Program-made: the position numbers and the translations under genes | Shown: piece after piece, positions 1 to 11,129 of the stretch | Layout: every line of letters starts with the position of its first letter | Position numbering within the stretch: position 1 is the first letter of the stretch | Origin: Myxococcota bacterium | GTDB lineage: Bacteria; Myxococcota_A; SURF-8 | Reading direction: 5' to 3' | Assembly: GCA_963674735.2 (NCBI GenBank) | Contig: CAXXQS010000002.1 | Location: 1,184,001-1,248,000, forward strand | Length of the DNA stretch: 64,000 nt | The notes under the pieces: model-generated | Database searches by the model: none | What the model was told of the DNA's origin: nothing | The model's input: only the letters and a program-made list of their open reading frames with translations

Positions 1-119
1 GATGTGTCTGTCGAGTTTTTTGGGGATACTGCGAGAGCTTACATTTGAAGTCTTTTTTGGGGGAGGCCACAAAAAACGGCGCGAGTAATCGCGCCGTGGC
101 CGTTTTATGGAGATGTGAA

Positions 120-446
120 TTACCTATCCATCCCGTATTCATCATCATAGGAATCGTCCGAGGCTTCTTCGGTGATATCCGGGCATTGTTCGTCAACGCA
201 GTCGAAGAAGGCTTCGCAGACATCCTGGCTTTTGCAGGCGAGGCACTCGGACGGAAAGTTGTTTGTCAGACAACTCGCGATGCAATCGTCTTGGTTCATC
301 GTTTCACTCGCCAATTCATCCAAACACTCGACGCCGAGCGCGCAGAGATCGCGGCAATCACTTTCGCTGGCGCCGTCATCGCCACCGCAGGCAGCCAGCA
401 ACACAATCAGGGTCAGCAGGAAGCCGGAAATAAAGATTCGTAACAT
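120..446 (-). CDS. Small cysteine-rich acidic lipoprotein (CxxxC family)
   Basis: Hydrophobic leader with LAAC lipobox; CRDLC..C, CIASC and further Cys; acidic tail. Confidence 0.8.
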   Translation of the reverse strand: MLRIFISGFLLTLIVLLAACGGDDGASESDCRDLCALGVECLDELASETMNQDDCIASCLTNNFPSECLACKSQDVCEAFFDCVDEQCPDITEEASDDSYDDEYGMDR

Positions 447-537
447 GGTGATGATCCTTTCAATTGTAAATAATCACGGCAGCTCCAAATTCATCCGACG
501 CGATTATAGCACCACGATTTCAAGCGACCAAGTTTGT

Positions 538-566
538 TTGACAAAGTTAAACGAGCCCCTTAGAAT
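538..566 (+). promoter_or_regulatory. Sigma70-type promoter for the 659..3034 gene
   Basis: TTGACA-N17-TAGAAT. Confidence 0.7.
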
Positions 567-658
567 CCTATTGTACTCGCCAAAGGTCACGGGGGACCAT
601 CTGAATGAGATGGGTCGTGGAGTTGTGCGTCTTTCGGGATTGCTCAGAGGAGGGTGTC

Positions 659-3034
659 ATGCGTTGGGTCGGGTTGATAGCTGGCTGGAGTGTGTTATTC
701 CTCATTCTGCAGGGCTGCAGCGGAACGCTCGAACTGGATTTCGAGCAAGGTGATGCCTGTACGCGCGACACTCAGTGCCCGGACGGATTTTGTGTGGACG
801 GTGAGTGCAAAAATTGGGAGTGCCGCGATTCCGCTGACTGCCCGCCTGGAGGCGTTTGTTTCGACCACGAGTGTGTCATAGGGGACGGCGATGCCGAAGC
901 GGATTGGCCGGTGGTTCCCGATGGAGATAAGGATCCGGACATCGTGGATGAGGAGGTTTGCCTCGGCGTTCCCTGTCTGACCGATGCTGATTGTTGCACG
1001 GGATATGTCTGTGACCCAACGTCGAAAGTGTGCAAGCCGGTCGAATGCGTTGCCGACGCAGATTGCTTGGTGTTCGGTTCACATTACAAATGCAATCTCG
1101 TCAATCATCAGTGCTATTACGAAGAATGCGAGAGCAGCGCCGATTGCGATGCGGGGGAAATTTGCGAGGCAGGGATTTGTGTGGAAATCGGCGGCTGTGC
1201 GTCGTTTGAGTTGTATATCAGACAAGGAAGCGGTGTCGTTGCAACCGGCCGAACGGTTCAATTATCGGTTGATCTGTTCAATCTGCGAGGGGAATGGATC
1301 AATAGCGAGGGATTTTTCTTCGATTGGGTTTCAGACAACCCAGCGGTGGTTTCGGTCGATCAGAACGGTTTGTTGACCGGGGGCGAAACTCCGGGCGAAG
1401 CGCGAATTACAGCTTCTCTATCGGACTGCCCGGCCGTTTCCGATACGGTGACCTGGCGCAACTTTTGGGGGCCGCCCGAGAATATTCGAGTGGTGGTCAT
1501 GGATGCACGAAGCGGCGAGGTGATCGACGGCGCGGTTGTGTTCGTTGAAGATCAAGGCCCCCATTTTTCACAGGACGGGGTGGTGGAATTCGATGGGCTC
1601 AGCTGCCCGGAGGGCTGCACCGTCCATGTTTTCCACGAGGATTATAGCAGTGTTTCGGTGTTTGGGCTCTACGTGCAGGATCTGTTGATCCCACTCTCGC
1701 CGGTGCGCGACCTTTCCAGAGCTGCCGGAGTTGTCGGGGTGCAGGATACCAGTCCGATTCCGGATACCCTGCGCGAAAACAGTGAAATTCAGGTGGGGCT
1801 TAGCGGTTTCGGCATCAAAGGATCGCTGCTGGATTGGTCGTTTGATTCGCTGCTTGAACCGCGTTTGATCGAAACGGTCATGATCGGCACTGTACTCGAT
1901 GAAGAATGGTGGATCCCAAGCGGCGCGGAAGCTTACTTGATGGAGGAACCGCTCAAAGGTGAATTCCAGGCGCTGGGCGATTCGGGAGATGCGATTTTAT
2001 GGGGAATCGGTGGGTTTGTGGATTTGTCGGATCTGCTGGAGCTGTTTGTGAGTCATATTACCGATGACGAGGTCGATTTCCCGGGCGTTTTAGCCGGGGT
2101 GATGCCCTGGGTGGCCGACTTCTATCATGGTGTCGTATCAAACATATCTCTTTCGTCCGTTCCACTTGTCGCCGATAGCGAGGATCTCAACGGTAATGGT
2201 CAGACCGACGATCTCGTGCCCGATTATGCCGCCTTTGAGGATATCGGTTCTTCACTCAGGCTCACCCAGGCGCAGACGCAGGAAGTCGATCTAAGCTTCG
2301 GAACATTGCCGGATTTGGGTGTGGAAGCGGCGGATTGTGTGGTGGCCGCTGCACTGGCCGAAACGACTCGGGGCGGGTTGATTCCGCTGGGCGTGACGGT
2401 TGCGCCGGATCAACGGAACCCGGACGATACCCCCGATGGCGTGGTGGGAGAGAACAACGATGGACAAGCGAAGCTGCCTTTTGCCCCGCAGCACGACGGC
2501 GTAGTTGGGGGGGATTATCTCGTGGCGGGGGTGGCCGTCTCCTCGGAGCGTGTGAGCCAATTGATTTTCAACAGCTTGGAATCGCCGGTTATGCCGGAGT
2601 TGAGCGCCGTTTCGGTGGTGTTGGTGCGCTCGGCAAATTCTCCGGAAAATGTCACCATGCCCGCGTTTCTCGACGCCATGACCGATGCCGTCTGGCTGGA
2701 GGAGAACAACGGATATTCCTTCTCCGCCTCACCCATTGCCGGAGCCGACTTTTATCGTGTTGCGTTGGTTCTGATCGATGAAGATACCCAGAGTGAATAC
2801 ATGTGGCACATCTATTGGCCGAGCCAATTCGGCGAGGCTTGCTTCGCGCTGCATGGATCGGCCACGTGGACGATTGAGCCGCAGCCTATCGAGCACATCG
2901 AATTTCAGGCCGTCGACTTGAATGCAGAGGTGAGTTACCAATCCCTTTTCGAATTCAACAATACGAATCTCAACAACATCAATCGCTATCTTGAGGGGTG
3001 GTCCACTCAGCCTCTGGCAACGGAGAACCGCTAA
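659..3034 (+). CDS. Secreted lipoprotein with Cys-rich repeats, an Ig-like (Big_2-type) domain and a large acidic C-terminal region
   Basis: ATG at 659 after GGAGG; LQGC lipobox; repeated CxxDxDC motifs; WVSDNPAVVSVDQNGLLTG fits Ig group 2. Confidence 0.8.
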   Translation: MRWVGLIAGWSVLFLILQGCSGTLELDFEQGDACTRDTQCPDGFCVDGECKNWECRDSADCPPGGVCFDHECVIGDGDAEADWPVVPDGDKDPDIVDEEVCLGVPCLTDADCCTGYVCDPTSKVCKPVECVADADCLVFGSHYKCNLVNHQCYYEECESSADCDAGEICEAGICVEIGGCASFELYIRQGSGVVATGRTVQLSVDLFNLRGEWINSEGFFFDWVSDNPAVVSVDQNGLLTGGETPGEARITASLSDCPAVSDTVTWRNFWGPPENIRVVVMDARSGEVIDGAVVFVEDQGPHFSQDGVVEFDGLSCPEGCTVHVFHEDYSSVSVFGLYVQDLLIPLSPVRDLSRAAGVVGVQDTSPIPDTLRENSEIQVGLSGFGIKGSLLDWSFDSLLEPRLIETVMIGTVLDEEWWIPSGAEAYLMEEPLKGEFQALGDSGDAILWGIGGFVDLSDLLELFVSHITDDEVDFPGVLAGVMPWVADFYHGVVSNISLSSVPLVADSEDLNGNGQTDDLVPDYAAFEDIGSSLRLTQAQTQEVDLSFGTLPDLGVEAADCVVAAALAETTRGGLIPLGVTVAPDQRNPDDTPDGVVGENNDGQAKLPFAPQHDGVVGGDYLVAGVAVSSERVSQLIFNSLESPVMPELSAVSVVLVRSANSPENVTMPAFLDAMTDAVWLEENNGYSFSASPIAGADFYRVALVLIDEDTQSEYMWHIYWPSQFGEACFALHGSATWTIEPQPIEHIEFQAVDLNAEVSYQSLFEFNNTNLNNINRYLEGWSTQPLATENR

Positions 3035-3051
3035 GAAGTTTTCTTCGGGAC

Positions 3052-3085
3052 AAAAAAAACCGCCGGAGTCGAGAGACCCCGGCGG
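3052..3085 (-). terminator. Intrinsic terminator after lon
   Basis: 11-bp GC stem with one G-U pair, followed by T8 on the minus strand. Confidence 0.8.
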
Positions 3086-3111
3086 GTGTGGATTCGAAAT
3101 AAGTCTGTTTT

Positions 3112-5526
3112 TTACATCGATGCGTGAGGCGAAGAAGAAGAATAGTCCTTGTCGGCGTCTTTTTCACGCATCCAGGGACTCACGAGGGCGGCGTCGAGCA
3201 CGTCCCCGATATCTTCCATGGGATGAATGTTGAGCGTTTTGATGACTGTCTTGGGCGCCTCGGTCAGATCGAGTTCGTTGGACTTCGGAATCAACACGTC
3301 ATGGATGCCTTCGCGGTGGGCGGCCAGCAGTTTTTCCTTCAAGCCGCCGATGCGCAGCACGCGGCCGTGCAGCGTGATTTCGCCGGTCATGGCCACGTCA
3401 TGACGCACGGGAATACCCGTTACGGCCGAAACCAGCGCGGTCACGATCGTCACACCGGCAGACGGCCCTTCTTTGGGTGTGGCGCCTTCCGGGGCATGGA
3501 TGTGGACGTCGAAAGTCTGGAAGAAGTCGGCTTTAAGACCGAGTTCATCGGCGTGCATGCGAACCCAGGATAACGCGGCTTGGGCCGATTCCTGCATGAC
3601 TTCGCCCAGCTTGCCGGTCAGCGTCACTTTGCCTTTGCCCGGTACGAGCGCTACTTCGATGGGCAGCATTTCTCCGCCGACCTCCGTCCAGGCCAATCCA
3701 TTGGCGTAGCCCACCCGGTCGGTCCGGTCCGCTTCATCGCGACGGAATTTGGGGACGCCCAGCATTTTGTGCAAAGATTGAGCGCCGATTTGGAAGGCGC
3801 TCTTTTCGCCGTTTTCCTTCAGCACGCGGACCGCCATCTTGCGTAAGAGTGTGGCGATCTCACGTTCGAGATTACGCACGCCCGCTTCGCGGGTGTACTC
3901 GCGAATGAGGGTCAGCACGGTGTTGTCGGAAATGCTGATCTGCAAGCCTTCCAGACCGTTGGTTTTGATCTGTTTGGGAATGAGATATTGGCGCGCGATG
4001 GCCAGTTTCTCGTCTTCGGTATAGCCCGGCAGATCGATGATTTCCAGGCGATCGCGCAGGGCGGGAGGAATGTTCTGCAAATAGTTGGCGGTCGTGACGA
4101 ACAGCACCTTCGACAGGTCGTAGTCCACATCCAGGTAGTGATCGTTGAAGGTATGGTTCTGTTCGGGGTCGAGCGCCTCTAGAAGGGCGGACGACGGATC
4201 GCCACGGTAATCGGAGGACAGTTTGTCTATTTCATCAAGTAGAATCAAGGGGTTGGCTGCGCCGGACTTCTTCATCATCTGGATCAGCTTGCCCGGCAGT
4301 GCGCCGATATACGTGCGCCGGTGGCCCCGGATTTCAGCTTCGTCACGTACGCCGCCCAAGGACAGGCGCACCATTTTGCGACCGGTGGTGCGGGCGATGG
4401 AACTGGCCAGAGATGTTTTTCCGACTCCCGGAGGGCCGACGAAGCAGAGGATGGGGCCTTTGATTTCGCCGACCAGGGTTTTCACGGCCAGGTATTCGAG
4501 GATGCGCTCTTTGGGTTTCTTCAAGCCGTAATGATCGTGTTCGAGTACGTCTTGGGCGAAGTCGATATCGGATACCTCTTCGGTTTCCTCATCCCAAGGC
4601 AACGAGATCATCCAGTCGAGATAGTTGCGCACCACGGTGGCTTCGGCCGACATGGGCGACATCATCTTGAGTTTTTTCAACTCTTTGAGGGCTTTGGTGC
4701 GTGCTTCTTCGGTGAGCCCCTTCGTGTTGATGGCGTCTTCCAACTCTTTGAGTTCGTTTTTGAATTCGTCTTGTTCACCCAGTTCCTTCTGGATGGCGCT
4801 CATCTGTTCGTTCAGGTAATACTCGCGCTGATTGCGCTCCATCTGCTTCTTGATGCGGCCTTTGATGCGGCGCTCCACCTGCAGAATTTCGATTTCGCGC
4901 TGCAGAATTTCGTACAGCTTTTCAAGCCGTGCGCGCGGTTCGACGATTTCGAGCAGTTCCTGGCGCTCGCGCAGCTTGAGGTTAAGCGACAGCACGATGG
5001 TGTCGGCCAGCTGCGACGGCGATTCGATATTCGCCAAAGATTTCAGGATGTCTTTGGGGATTTTCTTCGCATAATCGAGATAGGTTTCAAAGGCCGAGTA
5101 AACCGAGCGTTTCATGGCTTTGAGCTCGGTTACGTCGGCGTTCGGATCTCCTAACGTCTCGATATCACAGGCGAAGTATGGTTCTTCCTGGGTGTATCGT
5201 AGGATACGCGCCCGGTGCTTGCCCTCTACCAGGACACGTACCGTGCCGTCGGGGAGCTTGAGAATCTGGACAATGGCACCGACGGTGCCGACGTCGTAGA
5301 TATCGTTGACACCCGGTTCGTTGACTTTGGCTTGTTTCTGTGCGACGAGGAAAATGTCCTTGTCGTGTTTCATGGCTTCTTCCAAGGCCAGAATCGATTT
5401 GGGCCGTCCGACGAACAGTGGCACCATCATGTGAGGGAAGATCACCACATCGCGCAACGGCAACAGCGTAAAGCTCGATCCGGACTCGGGTTTGGAGTTC
5501 TTGTCATTGGGGTTGTTCACAAACAT
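3112..5526 (-). CDS. lon: ATP-dependent Lon protease
   Basis: [11 protein letters not shown]-domain, GPPGVGKT Walker A, PKEGPSAG catalytic Ser region, IGGLKEK. Confidence 0.98.
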   Translation of the reverse strand: MFVNNPNDKNSKPESGSSFTLLPLRDVVIFPHMMVPLFVGRPKSILALEEAMKHDKDIFLVAQKQAKVNEPGVNDIYDVGTVGAIVQILKLPDGTVRVLVEGKHRARILRYTQEEPYFACDIETLGDPNADVTELKAMKRSVYSAFETYLDYAKKIPKDILKSLANIESPSQLADTIVLSLNLKLRERQELLEIVEPRARLEKLYEILQREIEILQVERRIKGRIKKQMERNQREYYLNEQMSAIQKELGEQDEFKNELKELEDAINTKGLTEEARTKALKELKKLKMMSPMSAEATVVRNYLDWMISLPWDEETEEVSDIDFAQDVLEHDHYGLKKPKERILEYLAVKTLVGEIKGPILCFVGPPGVGKTSLASSIARTTGRKMVRLSLGGVRDEAEIRGHRRTYIGALPGKLIQMMKKSGAANPLILLDEIDKLSSDYRGDPSSALLEALDPEQNHTFNDHYLDVDYDLSKVLFVTTANYLQNIPPALRDRLEIIDLPGYTEDEKLAIARQYLIPKQIKTNGLEGLQISISDNTVLTLIREYTREAGVRNLEREIATLLRKMAVRVLKENGEKSAFQIGAQSLHKMLGVPKFRRDEADRTDRVGYANGLAWTEVGGEMLPIEVALVPGKGKVTLTGKLGEVMQESAQAALSWVRMHADELGLKADFFQTFDVHIHAPEGATPKEGPSAGVTIVTALVSAVTGIPVRHDVAMTGEITLHGRVLRIGGLKEKLLAAHREGIHDVLIPKSNELDLTEAPKTVIKTLNIHPMEDIGDVLDAALVSPWMREKDADKDYSSSSPHASM

Positions 5527-5558
5527 GTTTTACCATCCCGTTTGGTTCGGCGGAAGAT

Positions 5559-6821
5559 TCAGGCCGTTTCCGCTTCATCGTTGTCGGCGTTTTTGTCGCC
5601 GGCCAGTATGATCATGGGTTGGGCGTTCTTTTCAACGACATCTTCGTTGATCACCACCTCGCGGATGTTGGGGCGGGACGGGATATCGTACATGATATCC
5701 AACATCACCGACTCCAGCACCGAACGCAAGCCGCGCGCACCTGAATGTTGGGCGTTGGCCTTGCGAGCCACGGCCCAGAGGGCGTCATCGGTGAATTTAA
5801 GAGCCACATCATCCATATCAAAAAGAGCCTTGTATTGTTTGACCAAGGCATTTCTCGGTTCGGTCAGAATTTGCACCATGGCGTCTTCCGAGAGTTCATG
5901 TAACGAGGCGACCACCGGCAAGCGGCCGACAAACTCCGGAATCAAGCCGTATTTAGTCAGATCTTCAGGCTGCACGAGATCGAAATATTCCCCGATCGAT
6001 TTCTCGTCGCGGCTTTTCACATCGGCCCCGAAACCCATTTCTTTGACGCCGACCCGTTGTTCGACCACTCGCTCCAGTCCGTCGAAGGCTCCGCCGCAGA
6101 TAAACAGAATGCCCGACGTATCGAGTTGGATGAAATCTTGCTGCGGGTGTTTGCGGCCGCCCTTGGGGGGCAGGTTCGCCACCGTGCTTTCCAGGATCTT
6201 CAAAAGCGCCTGCTGGACGCCTTCACCCGATACGTCGCGGGTAATCGAGGGATTTTCGCTTTTGCGGGCGATTTTATCGATTTCATCGATGTAGACGATG
6301 CCGCGCTGGGCTCGTTCGATGTCGTGATCGGCCACCTGCAATAGATTGACCAGGATATTCTCAACATCTTCGCCTACATAGCCGGCCTCGGTCAGGTTGG
6401 TGGCGTCGGCCAGGGCGAAGGGAACATCTAGAATACGGGCCAAAGTTTGCGCCAGGAGCGTTTTACCGGTTCCGGTGGGCCCGATGAAAAGGATGTTGCT
6501 TTTCTGCAGCTCGACGCCGCTTTTTTTGGAGTCGTGGTTAATACGCTTGTAGTGATTGTACACCGCCACCGACAAAATCCGTTTGGCGTCGTCTTGCCCG
6601 ATCACGTATTCGTCGAGTGTTTTCTTGATTTCGACCGGTTTCGGAAGTTTGAATCCATCGGCCTTGGCCGCTTCGAGTTCGATTTCTTCCGCAATGATAT
6701 CATTGCACAAGGAAATGCATTCGTCACAGATATAGGCCGAGGGTCCGGCGATCAACTTCTTTACTTGCCGTTGACTTTTTCCACAAAAGGAACAGCGCAG
6801 ATCTTTCATTGTTGTATCCAT
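5559..6821 (-). CDS. clpX: Clp protease ATP-binding subunit ClpX
   Basis: CSFCGK..CDEC zinc finger, [24 protein letters not shown]. Confidence 0.98.
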   Translation of the reverse strand: MDTTMKDLRCSFCGKSQRQVKKLIAGPSAYICDECISLCNDIIAEEIELEAAKADGFKLPKPVEIKKTLDEYVIGQDDAKRILSVAVYNHYKRINHDSKKSGVELQKSNILFIGPTGTGKTLLAQTLARILDVPFALADATNLTEAGYVGEDVENILVNLLQVADHDIERAQRGIVYIDEIDKIARKSENPSITRDVSGEGVQQALLKILESTVANLPPKGGRKHPQQDFIQLDTSGILFICGGAFDGLERVVEQRVGVKEMGFGADVKSRDEKSIGEYFDLVQPEDLTKYGLIPEFVGRLPVVASLHELSEDAMVQILTEPRNALVKQYKALFDMDDVALKFTDDALWAVARKANAQHSGARGLRSVLESVMLDIMYDIPSRPNIREVVINEDVVEKNAQPMIILAGDKNADNDEAETA

Positions 6822-6839
6822 GTTGTTTTGGCCTCCCGT

Positions 6840-7445
6840 TTAGGCCTCCTCCAGATCTTTCGGTCGTTTTTCCAGCACTTTGTCGATCAGTCCGTAGGAA
6901 ACCGCCTCATCGGAACCGAGGAAGAAGTCGCGCTCCATGTCGTTATGCAGCTTTTTGAGCGACTGCCCGGTGTGGGTCGCCATAATTTCCGTCAATTGCT
7001 TTTTCGTCTTCAACATCTCCTTGGCGTGGATTTCCACGTCGGTGGTTTGCCCCTGGAAGCCGCCCCAAGGTTGGTGGATCATTACCCGTGAATGGGGCAG
7101 TGAGTACCGTTTCCCGTGGGCTCCGGCCGCCAGCAGAACAGCCCCCATCGAGGCCGCCTGTCCCATGCAGAATGTGCAAATATCGGGCCTAACGTACTGC
7201 ATGGTGTCGTAGATGGCCAATCCGGCGGTTACCACTCCGCCCGGCGAGTTGATATACAGATGGATGTCACGCTCGGGATCCTCGGATTCCAGGAACAGAA
7301 GCTGCGCCACGGCCAGGGATGCCACCACCTCATCAATGGCCGACCCAATGAAGATGATTCTCTCCTTAAGTAGCCGAGAATAGATGTCATATGAACGTTC
7401 GCCTCGGTGGCTCTGTTCGATTACGATGGGTACCAACGCCATCAC
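6840..7445 (-). CDS. clpP: Clp protease proteolytic subunit ClpP
   Basis: [30 protein letters not shown]. Confidence 0.98.
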   Translation of the reverse strand: MMALVPIVIEQSHRGERSYDIYSRLLKERIIFIGSAIDEVVASLAVAQLLFLESEDPERDIHLYINSPGGVVTAGLAIYDTMQYVRPDICTFCMGQAASMGAVLLAAGAHGKRYSLPHSRVMIHQPWGGFQGQTTDVEIHAKEMLKTKKQLTEIMATHTGQSLKKLHNDMERDFFLGSDEAVSYGLIDKVLEKRPKDLEEA

Positions 7446-7559
7446 TCACCTCGATTATTGTCTAGGGTCCGTTTCGTTTACGCCGGACATCATCCTCCCT
7501 GATAGGAGAGGTCGATCCCGTGGAACATTCCACGATTAATTCCCCCGGCATGATCGGCT

Positions 7560-7588
7560 ATTGTACCGCCGATAGTTCCCAGCGTCAA
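7560..7588 (-). promoter_or_regulatory. Sigma70-type promoter of clpP-clpX-lon
   Basis: Minus strand TTGACG-N17-TACAAT about 115 nt upstream of clpP. Confidence 0.7.
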
Positions 7589-7696
7589 TTTTCCGCACAG
7601 ACTGTCAGTGTTTCCGACACCCGCAGGCGTGACAAGGCTGTCGGAGTGCGCAAATATTGCGCAGATAGGAGGCTTCGCCGGATGGGCGTTGACCCC

Positions 7697-7724
7697 CAAA
7701 AAAAACGCGGGCCGAAGCCCGCGT
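7697..7724 (-). terminator. Intrinsic terminator (copy 1 of an identical 28-bp pair)
   Basis: ACGCGGGC-TTCG-GCCCGCGT hairpin ending in a T8 run on the minus strand. Confidence 0.85.
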
Positions 7725-7751
7725 GATCCAACCCGAGCAGATCCGTTAGTT

Positions 7752-8366
7752 CTAGCCGGCAACCTGGGTGACACATTCCGCGAAGTCATCACAGGTAGGT
7801 TCATCGACACATCCGATTATGTCGCTATTGACTGCCACTCCCGTATCTCTTCCGGCCGCTTCGCAGGCGTCATAGCAGGCCTGCAAAACCACTTCCGTGA
7901 TGGTACCGGTTTCGTCGCATTCTCTCGCTTTATCGCAGTAGCGTTTGCACTGAGCGACCAAGCCATTCGTGGGAGAACTGAAATCGAGGTTGCCTTCTTC
8001 GAAATCCATCATGCAGTCTTCGAGGTCGTTATAGGTGTCCTCGCAACTTTCGAGCGCCTCGATATAGGCATCGCCATAGACGTGGCAACGTTCATCCTCG
8101 TCGAGTTCGGTCGCGATGCAGGCTTGTGCTTCCGTGTAGGCATCCTGGCATCCGGCGGAGGCCAGTTTCTGCTGGCTGATGCGGCAGGAATTCTCGCATT
8201 CGTGGCGACTGAAAAGCCGGTCGGTCTCTACAGAACACCGTTCGGCAAGTGCGCATTCTTCTTTGCAGATTTCCGGCAAATCGTCGTCTTCGCAGGAAAC
8301 TGAAAGCAGTCCCGCCATCGCCAGTACTATTCCCAACCCCAACAAGCCGCTCCGCTGTTTCTGCAT
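7752..8366 (-). CDS. Two-domain cysteine-rich acidic lipoprotein (tandem paralogue 1)
   Basis: ATG at 8366 after AGGAAAGG; LSVSC lipobox; Cys spacing shared with neighbours. Confidence 0.85.
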   Translation of the reverse strand: MQKQRSGLLGLGIVLAMAGLLSVSCEDDDLPEICKEECALAERCSVETDRLFSRHECENSCRISQQKLASAGCQDAYTEAQACIATELDEDERCHVYGDAYIEALESCEDTYNDLEDCMMDFEEGNLDFSSPTNGLVAQCKRYCDKARECDETGTITEVVLQACYDACEAAGRDTGVAVNSDIIGCVDEPTCDDFAECVTQVAG

Positions 8367-8501
8367 CGTCCATCTACCTTTCCTGTTTGAGCAAACAACA
8401 CCGCCGAGACGCCGCCGGTCCACGGTACGGTCTAGGGCGAAGAAAACTGAGAAAATTCATTCCATATGGCGAATATTTGCAGAATGCGGCGAAAAAGTCC
8501 A

Positions 8502-8529
8502 CAAAAAAAACGCGGGCCGAAGCCCGCGT
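8502..8529 (-). terminator. Intrinsic terminator (copy 2, identical to 7697..7724)
   Basis: caaaaaaaacgcgggccgaagcccgcgt on the plus strand. Confidence 0.85.
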
Positions 8530-8552
8530 CGTTTGCAAGTCCAAACCCAGAA

Positions 8553-9221
8553 TTACATGGTGCCGGAATTCTGCAGACAGGTGAAAAAGCTGTCGCAGGT
8601 CGGTTCGTTCGCGCAGGCGGCCACTTCCGCCGGAACGGCCGAGCCGGAAGAGATGTCACAGGCGTCGTAACACTGCTGCAGGTAGCCGTCGGGAGTCGAA
8701 GGCGTGCACTCGACCGCCTTGTCGCAGTATTTACGGCAAGCCGCCGTGTTGGCCGGGTTGTCGCCATCGGGGTCATCGCCGTCCGGGTCATCGCCGTCCG
8801 GATCGTCGCCGTCGGGGTCATCGCCGTCGGCCGGACCGGAATTGTTGCCGTGGTAATCTTCCATGCAATCGTTGTAATCTTCGAAGTCGTCTTCGCATTC
8901 TTCGATGGCATCGGTGTAATCATCGTCGCTGGTGTCGCACCACTCGTCGTCGTCGAGTTCTTCCTTCATGCAATCGCGGGCTTTCTTGTAGTCTTCCTGG
9001 CAGTCGGCGAACTCGATCTTTTGCCATTGAATGCGGCAGTTTTTCTCGCATTCGTGTTGGCTGAAGAGGGTTTCGTTTTCTTCGGCGCACAACTTCGCGA
9101 TTTTGCAGGCTTCGGCGCAATCGCCGGGAAGGTCGTCGCTTTCGAAGAGGCAAGCCACCAGGGTAAAGGACGCCAGCACGGCTGTCAGAACGATCATCTG
9201 CCAGCTATTCATCCATTTCAT
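8553..9221 (-). CDS. Two-domain cysteine-rich acidic lipoprotein with DGDDP-repeat linker (tandem paralogue 2)
   Basis: ATG at 9221 after GGAGG; LVAC lipobox. Confidence 0.85.
   Translation of the reverse strand: MKWMNSWQMIVLTAVLASFTLVACLFESDDLPGDCAEACKIAKLCAEENETLFSQHECEKNCRIQWQKIEFADCQEDYKKARDCMKEELDDDEWCDTSDDDYTDAIEECEDDFEDYNDCMEDYHGNNSGPADGDDPDGDDPDGDDPDGDDPDGDNPANTAACRKYCDKAVECTPSTPDGYLQQCYDACDISSGSAVPAEVAACANEPTCDSFFTCLQNSGTM
8755..8828 (-). repeat. 15-bp coding tandem repeat, 5 units, DGD(D/N)P
   Basis: DGDDPDGDDPDGDDPDGDDPDGDNP in translation. Confidence 0.9.
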
Positions 9222-9390
9222 TCTATCCTCCGTTTCGGTTTCCATTTTTTCGCTGCGTTTCAAACGCCGGTCATCGCTTCGCGTGGTCGCCGTCTAAGGT
9301 CGTACCGGCAGCGAAATCAAACCAAACATTGATCCATTTCAAGCCGATTTCCGTTCCTGCGTGATCCGGCAGGTTGGGAATCGCGACGAA

Positions 9391-9765
9391 TTAACCCTGG
9401 TAGTCTTCCATGCAGTCGTGGAAATCTTCCCAGTCGTCTTCACATTCGTCGATGGCGTCGGTGTAATTGTCGTCACCGGTGTCGCACCAATCGTCGTCGT
9501 CGAGCTCTTCCAACATGCAGTTGCGAGCCGCTTTATAATCTTCTTCGCAATCGGCGAACTGCACCTTTTCGGTGTAAATACGACAATCTTCTTTGCACTC
9601 AAACTCGCTGTAGGTGACTTCGTTTTCTTCGGCACATATCTTCTGGATACGGCAGGCTTCTTTGCAGTCTCCAACCCAACCTTCGTCTTCACAGCCCATC
9701 GCCAGAAGCAAAACCACAACCGCCAGCGCCATCACCATCAACATTCCCAGATTCTTTTTCATCAC
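9391..9765 (-). CDS. Single-domain cysteine-rich acidic lipoprotein (tandem paralogue 3)
   Basis: AGGAGG RBS; AMGC lipobox; very similar to the N-domain of paralogue 2 (CAEENE, ELDDDxWCDT, YTDAIxECEDD, DCMEDY). Confidence 0.85.
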   Translation of the reverse strand: MMKKNLGMLMVMALAVVVLLLAMGCEDEGWVGDCKEACRIQKICAEENEVTYSEFECKEDCRIYTEKVQFADCEEDYKAARNCMLEELDDDDWCDTGDDNYTDAIDECEDDWEDFHDCMEDYQG

Positions 9766-9981
9766 TCCTCCTTAATGTTCGATGTTTGCCCCGTTTCGCT
9801 AGACTCAAACCTGTTCGAATATTCTTAACCATTCGAATTCAGGCTTTTACTCTGTAAATTGAATCCCGCTTTACGATAGGCAAAGGGTACTCGAAGAGCC
9901 GAAATAATCAAGTCTTTTTTGCAATTGTAAGCATTGAGACGCCCCTCGAAATACATTTAAGGTAGTATTCTGGAAATCTTC

Positions 9982-10009
9982 TTGACACAAGAGGCCGTCG
10001 GTGTAGTCT
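9982..10009 (+). promoter_or_regulatory. Candidate sigma70 promoter for the ParA-RHH pair
   Basis: TTGACA-N16-TAGTCT. Confidence 0.5.
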
Positions 10010-10070
10010 GGAATCGTTATATAAGCTCGTCACCCTGAGACCGTGTCGATTGGGTGGCCGGGAGGCATGT

Positions 10071-11111
10071 GTGGACATCCGGAAAAACAACTGGCAAACT
10101 TGCCAAGTCTGCCGTCGGCAGTTTGCGCCGCGTTTCAGTTACCAAACCGTCGGTAAAGGAGCCCAGGCGCACTACTTTTGCAGCCAGCGTTGCTTGCTCA
10201 AAGCGCGCGCCGCGTCGACAAAGGCGACCTGTTCCACCTGTGGAACGGAATTCACGCCTCAATACGCCTATCAGCGGGCGATGGTCGCCGGGAAACCGCA
10301 GTATTATTGTTCGGAACGCTGCGCGGATACCTATCGCGTCGAACGACGTCGGGCCATGGGCGTGCGCCGCTTGGCGGTGCTCAACCAAAAGGGCGGCACC
10401 GGCAAGACCACCACGGCGGTTAACTTGTCGGCCGGATTGGCCATGCGCGGGTATAAAGTGTTGCTGCTGGATATGGACGCCCAGGGTAACGTCGGGGTTT
10501 CGCTGGGGATCGTGGGCGAACTGGGCACCTATCACCTGCTGATCGAACAGGCCCCGGCGTCCGACTGCGCCGTGCCGATCCGCAACAACCTGGACATCAT
10601 CACCAGCAATGAAACCCTGGCGGCCGCCGAGATTTTGTTGGCCGGAATGGATCGCCGCGAAATGACGCTCAAAGACGCCTTGGTGGAGCGCGGGGGCGAA
10701 CAGGGCTACGATTACGTGATTCTCGACTGTCCGCCGTCCCTGTCGCTGGTCAACCAGAATGCGCTGGTTTACGCCGATGAGGTGCTGGTTCCGGTGAGTT
10801 GCGATTTTCTGGCCATGGTCGGCGTCAAGCAGATTTTGCGTACCCTCGACCGCATGAACAACCTCATGGGACAGCCGGTGTCGATCTGTGGGGTTTTACC
10901 GACCTTTTACGATGTGCGCACCCGGCTTAGCCAGGAAGTTTTGCGCAATCTGAACGAGTATTTCAAAGACAAAGCCCTGCCGCCGGTGCGAATCAGTACC
11001 CGTTTGAAAGAAGCACCGAGCCACAAGCAGACCATTTTCGAATATTCGCCCGGCAGTCACGCGGCGGAAGACTACCTGGCGCTGGTGGATCGACTGGTCG
11101 GTCGGGCCTAG
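10071..11111 (+). CDS. ParA/Soj-family ATPase with two N-terminal TRASH-like Cys domains
   Basis: GTG at 10071 after GGAGG; CQVC..YFCSQRC and CSTC..YYCSERC; NQKGGTGKTT, DMDAQGN, ILDCPPSL. Confidence 0.92.
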   Translation: MDIRKNNWQTCQVCRRQFAPRFSYQTVGKGAQAHYFCSQRCLLKARAASTKATCSTCGTEFTPQYAYQRAMVAGKPQYYCSERCADTYRVERRRAMGVRRLAVLNQKGGTGKTTTAVNLSAGLAMRGYKVLLLDMDAQGNVGVSLGIVGELGTYHLLIEQAPASDCAVPIRNNLDIITSNETLAAAEILLAGMDRREMTLKDALVERGGEQGYDYVILDCPPSLSLVNQNALVYADEVLVPVSCDFLAMVGVKQILRTLDRMNNLMGQPVSICGVLPTFYDVRTRLSQEVLRNLNEYFKDKALPPVRISTRLKEAPSHKQTIFEYSPGSHAAEDYLALVDRLVGRA

Positions 11112-11129
11112 CGCGGATAGAGAGGCGAT

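Noticed and set aside
605-670. Duplicated MRWV at two possible starts
   Set aside because: Only ATG 659 has an RBS and gives a proper lipoprotein signal; likely coincidence
7512-7534. parS-like half-sites CGTGGAACA and TTCCACG
   Set aside because: The halves are in the wrong order to form the 16-bp parS palindrome, and no parB is present
8467-8481. TGGCGAATATTTGCA as a sigma54 promoter
   Set aside because: GG to GC spacing is one base short
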